The notes beneath the pieces were generated by a model. The model made no database searches, was not told the origin of the DNA, and saw nothing but the letters and a program-made list of their open reading frames with translations. Positions 62,930-64,000 of a stretch of DNA of 64,000 nt are shown here, piece by piece. Source of the DNA: Macrostomum lignano (Eukaryota); contig NIVC01003177.1 of the NCBI GenBank assembly GCA_002269645.1, forward strand, positions 50,002-114,001, written 5' to 3'. The position numbers were made by a program, and so were the translations under genes. Every line of letters begins with the position of its first letter. Position 1 is the stretch's first letter.

Positions 62930-63744
62930 GTCGACCAATTGTCTAATTCCTAAGTAATAAGCTAGGAATTCGGGTTAATGTTTGGTCGACCACAGATACT
63001 AAATACCCTAGATTGTTCACAATTAGCACAATCTTCTAGCGTCAATTTGACTTGCTACTGATCTCTTTCCAGTAGCATATAGGCGTATATTTCCTTTTTA
63101 TTTTTGTCTTGACAAAAAATTGGAGAAAATGATTGTTAGCTACTTTTGTCCCTTCGCCGCTTTCAACTCTTTTATATTTCGCCAAGCCTGACAGTGGATC
63201 AAAATACACTAGTGTGTGGAGCTATTTGAAGTGTGTTGCTTTTTACGCTCATAGCACTGAGCAGAGAGCAGTCTTGCTAGAGATGGCTTGTAATATATGT
63301 TGGTCTAACCAAAGAATATCGGATGATCGGATAATCGGAATTCATTGCATGATTGGAATTCATGGAATGCATTTCTGGTTGCTCGATACTCTTTGGCTTC
63401 AACTTACATAGGCTAACTATAAAAGCGAACTTTGCTTATAGATATATATTTTAACTTTTGACTCAATTTCAGAAGCCCTAACTACGTGAATTTTTTAAGC
63501 AGAATGAATCGAATGCTAGCTTGCGGAGTTGCTCTCATCGTGCTGGCTTGGTAAGTTATATCTCTCTCATCCCAAAGTATTAGGTCTGCATATGCACCCT
63601 TTCATTGCTTCTCTAATACGATTCTCAATCGATGTTAAACAGCTTCAAGCCTACTGAGGTTAACTCAATATTATTTGATTGACGCGCAGCGGGCACCCTG
63701 GCCCGCGCAACGTCTTTGGTGATATTGTCTCAAGCAACCATGCA

Positions 63745-64000
63745 TTTTATTAGAGGCAGGGGGGTTGTGTGCACCCTGGCGCACTTTAAGCGACATTGGC
63801 ACACAACCGCGAGAGGCATTACTGCCCATTCCGCCGACTCCCTGAGCAGGCATACAAGCGCGCGGATACGTACGCAGGCACACACTCACACAGGAGTGTA
63901 CAGCGGCCCTAACTTTATTTTATCGTTAGGCATGTACACTTCACTGCTGCGCCTTGGGCGTTGGCTCTCAAGGCCGTTAATTGCACGAGCAGAGCCAAGC
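63745..64000 (-). mobile_element. tRNA-derived SINE, head runs off the window edge
   Basis: Reverse complement of the same SINE body and tail. Confidence 0.9.

Overview
Eukaryotic, intron-containing genomic DNA. The GC-rich exons, AT-rich introns and gene content fit an invertebrate, plausibly a free-living flatworm such as Macrostomum, but that is inference only. Spliced genes I rebuilt by hand: (1) 5' part of LTA4H (minus, 3 exons, absent from the ORF track); (2) an intronless secreted neuropeptide precursor (plus, 10522-10809), tail-to-tail with (3) a 3-exon NPY/NPF-type GPCR (minus); (4) a tandem array of three intact 3-exon paralogs plus one inverted pseudogene, encoding ~185-aa permuted papain-fold (LRAT/PPPDE-like) proteins with a C-terminal membrane anchor; (5) CTF8 (minus, no in-frame ATG in its first visible exon), followed immediately after its stop, in frame, by an ATG-less acidic/CCCH-zinc-finger ORF. 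The rest is repeat-rich: a decayed Gypsy element, a decayed RTE-like LINE, seven copies of a tRNA-derived SINE, Mutator/foldback-, CACTA- and Harbinger-type non-autonomous DNA elements with visible TSDs, and many tandem repeats. Most long ORFs in the supplied track are artefacts of low-complexity repeats or antisense TE frames.
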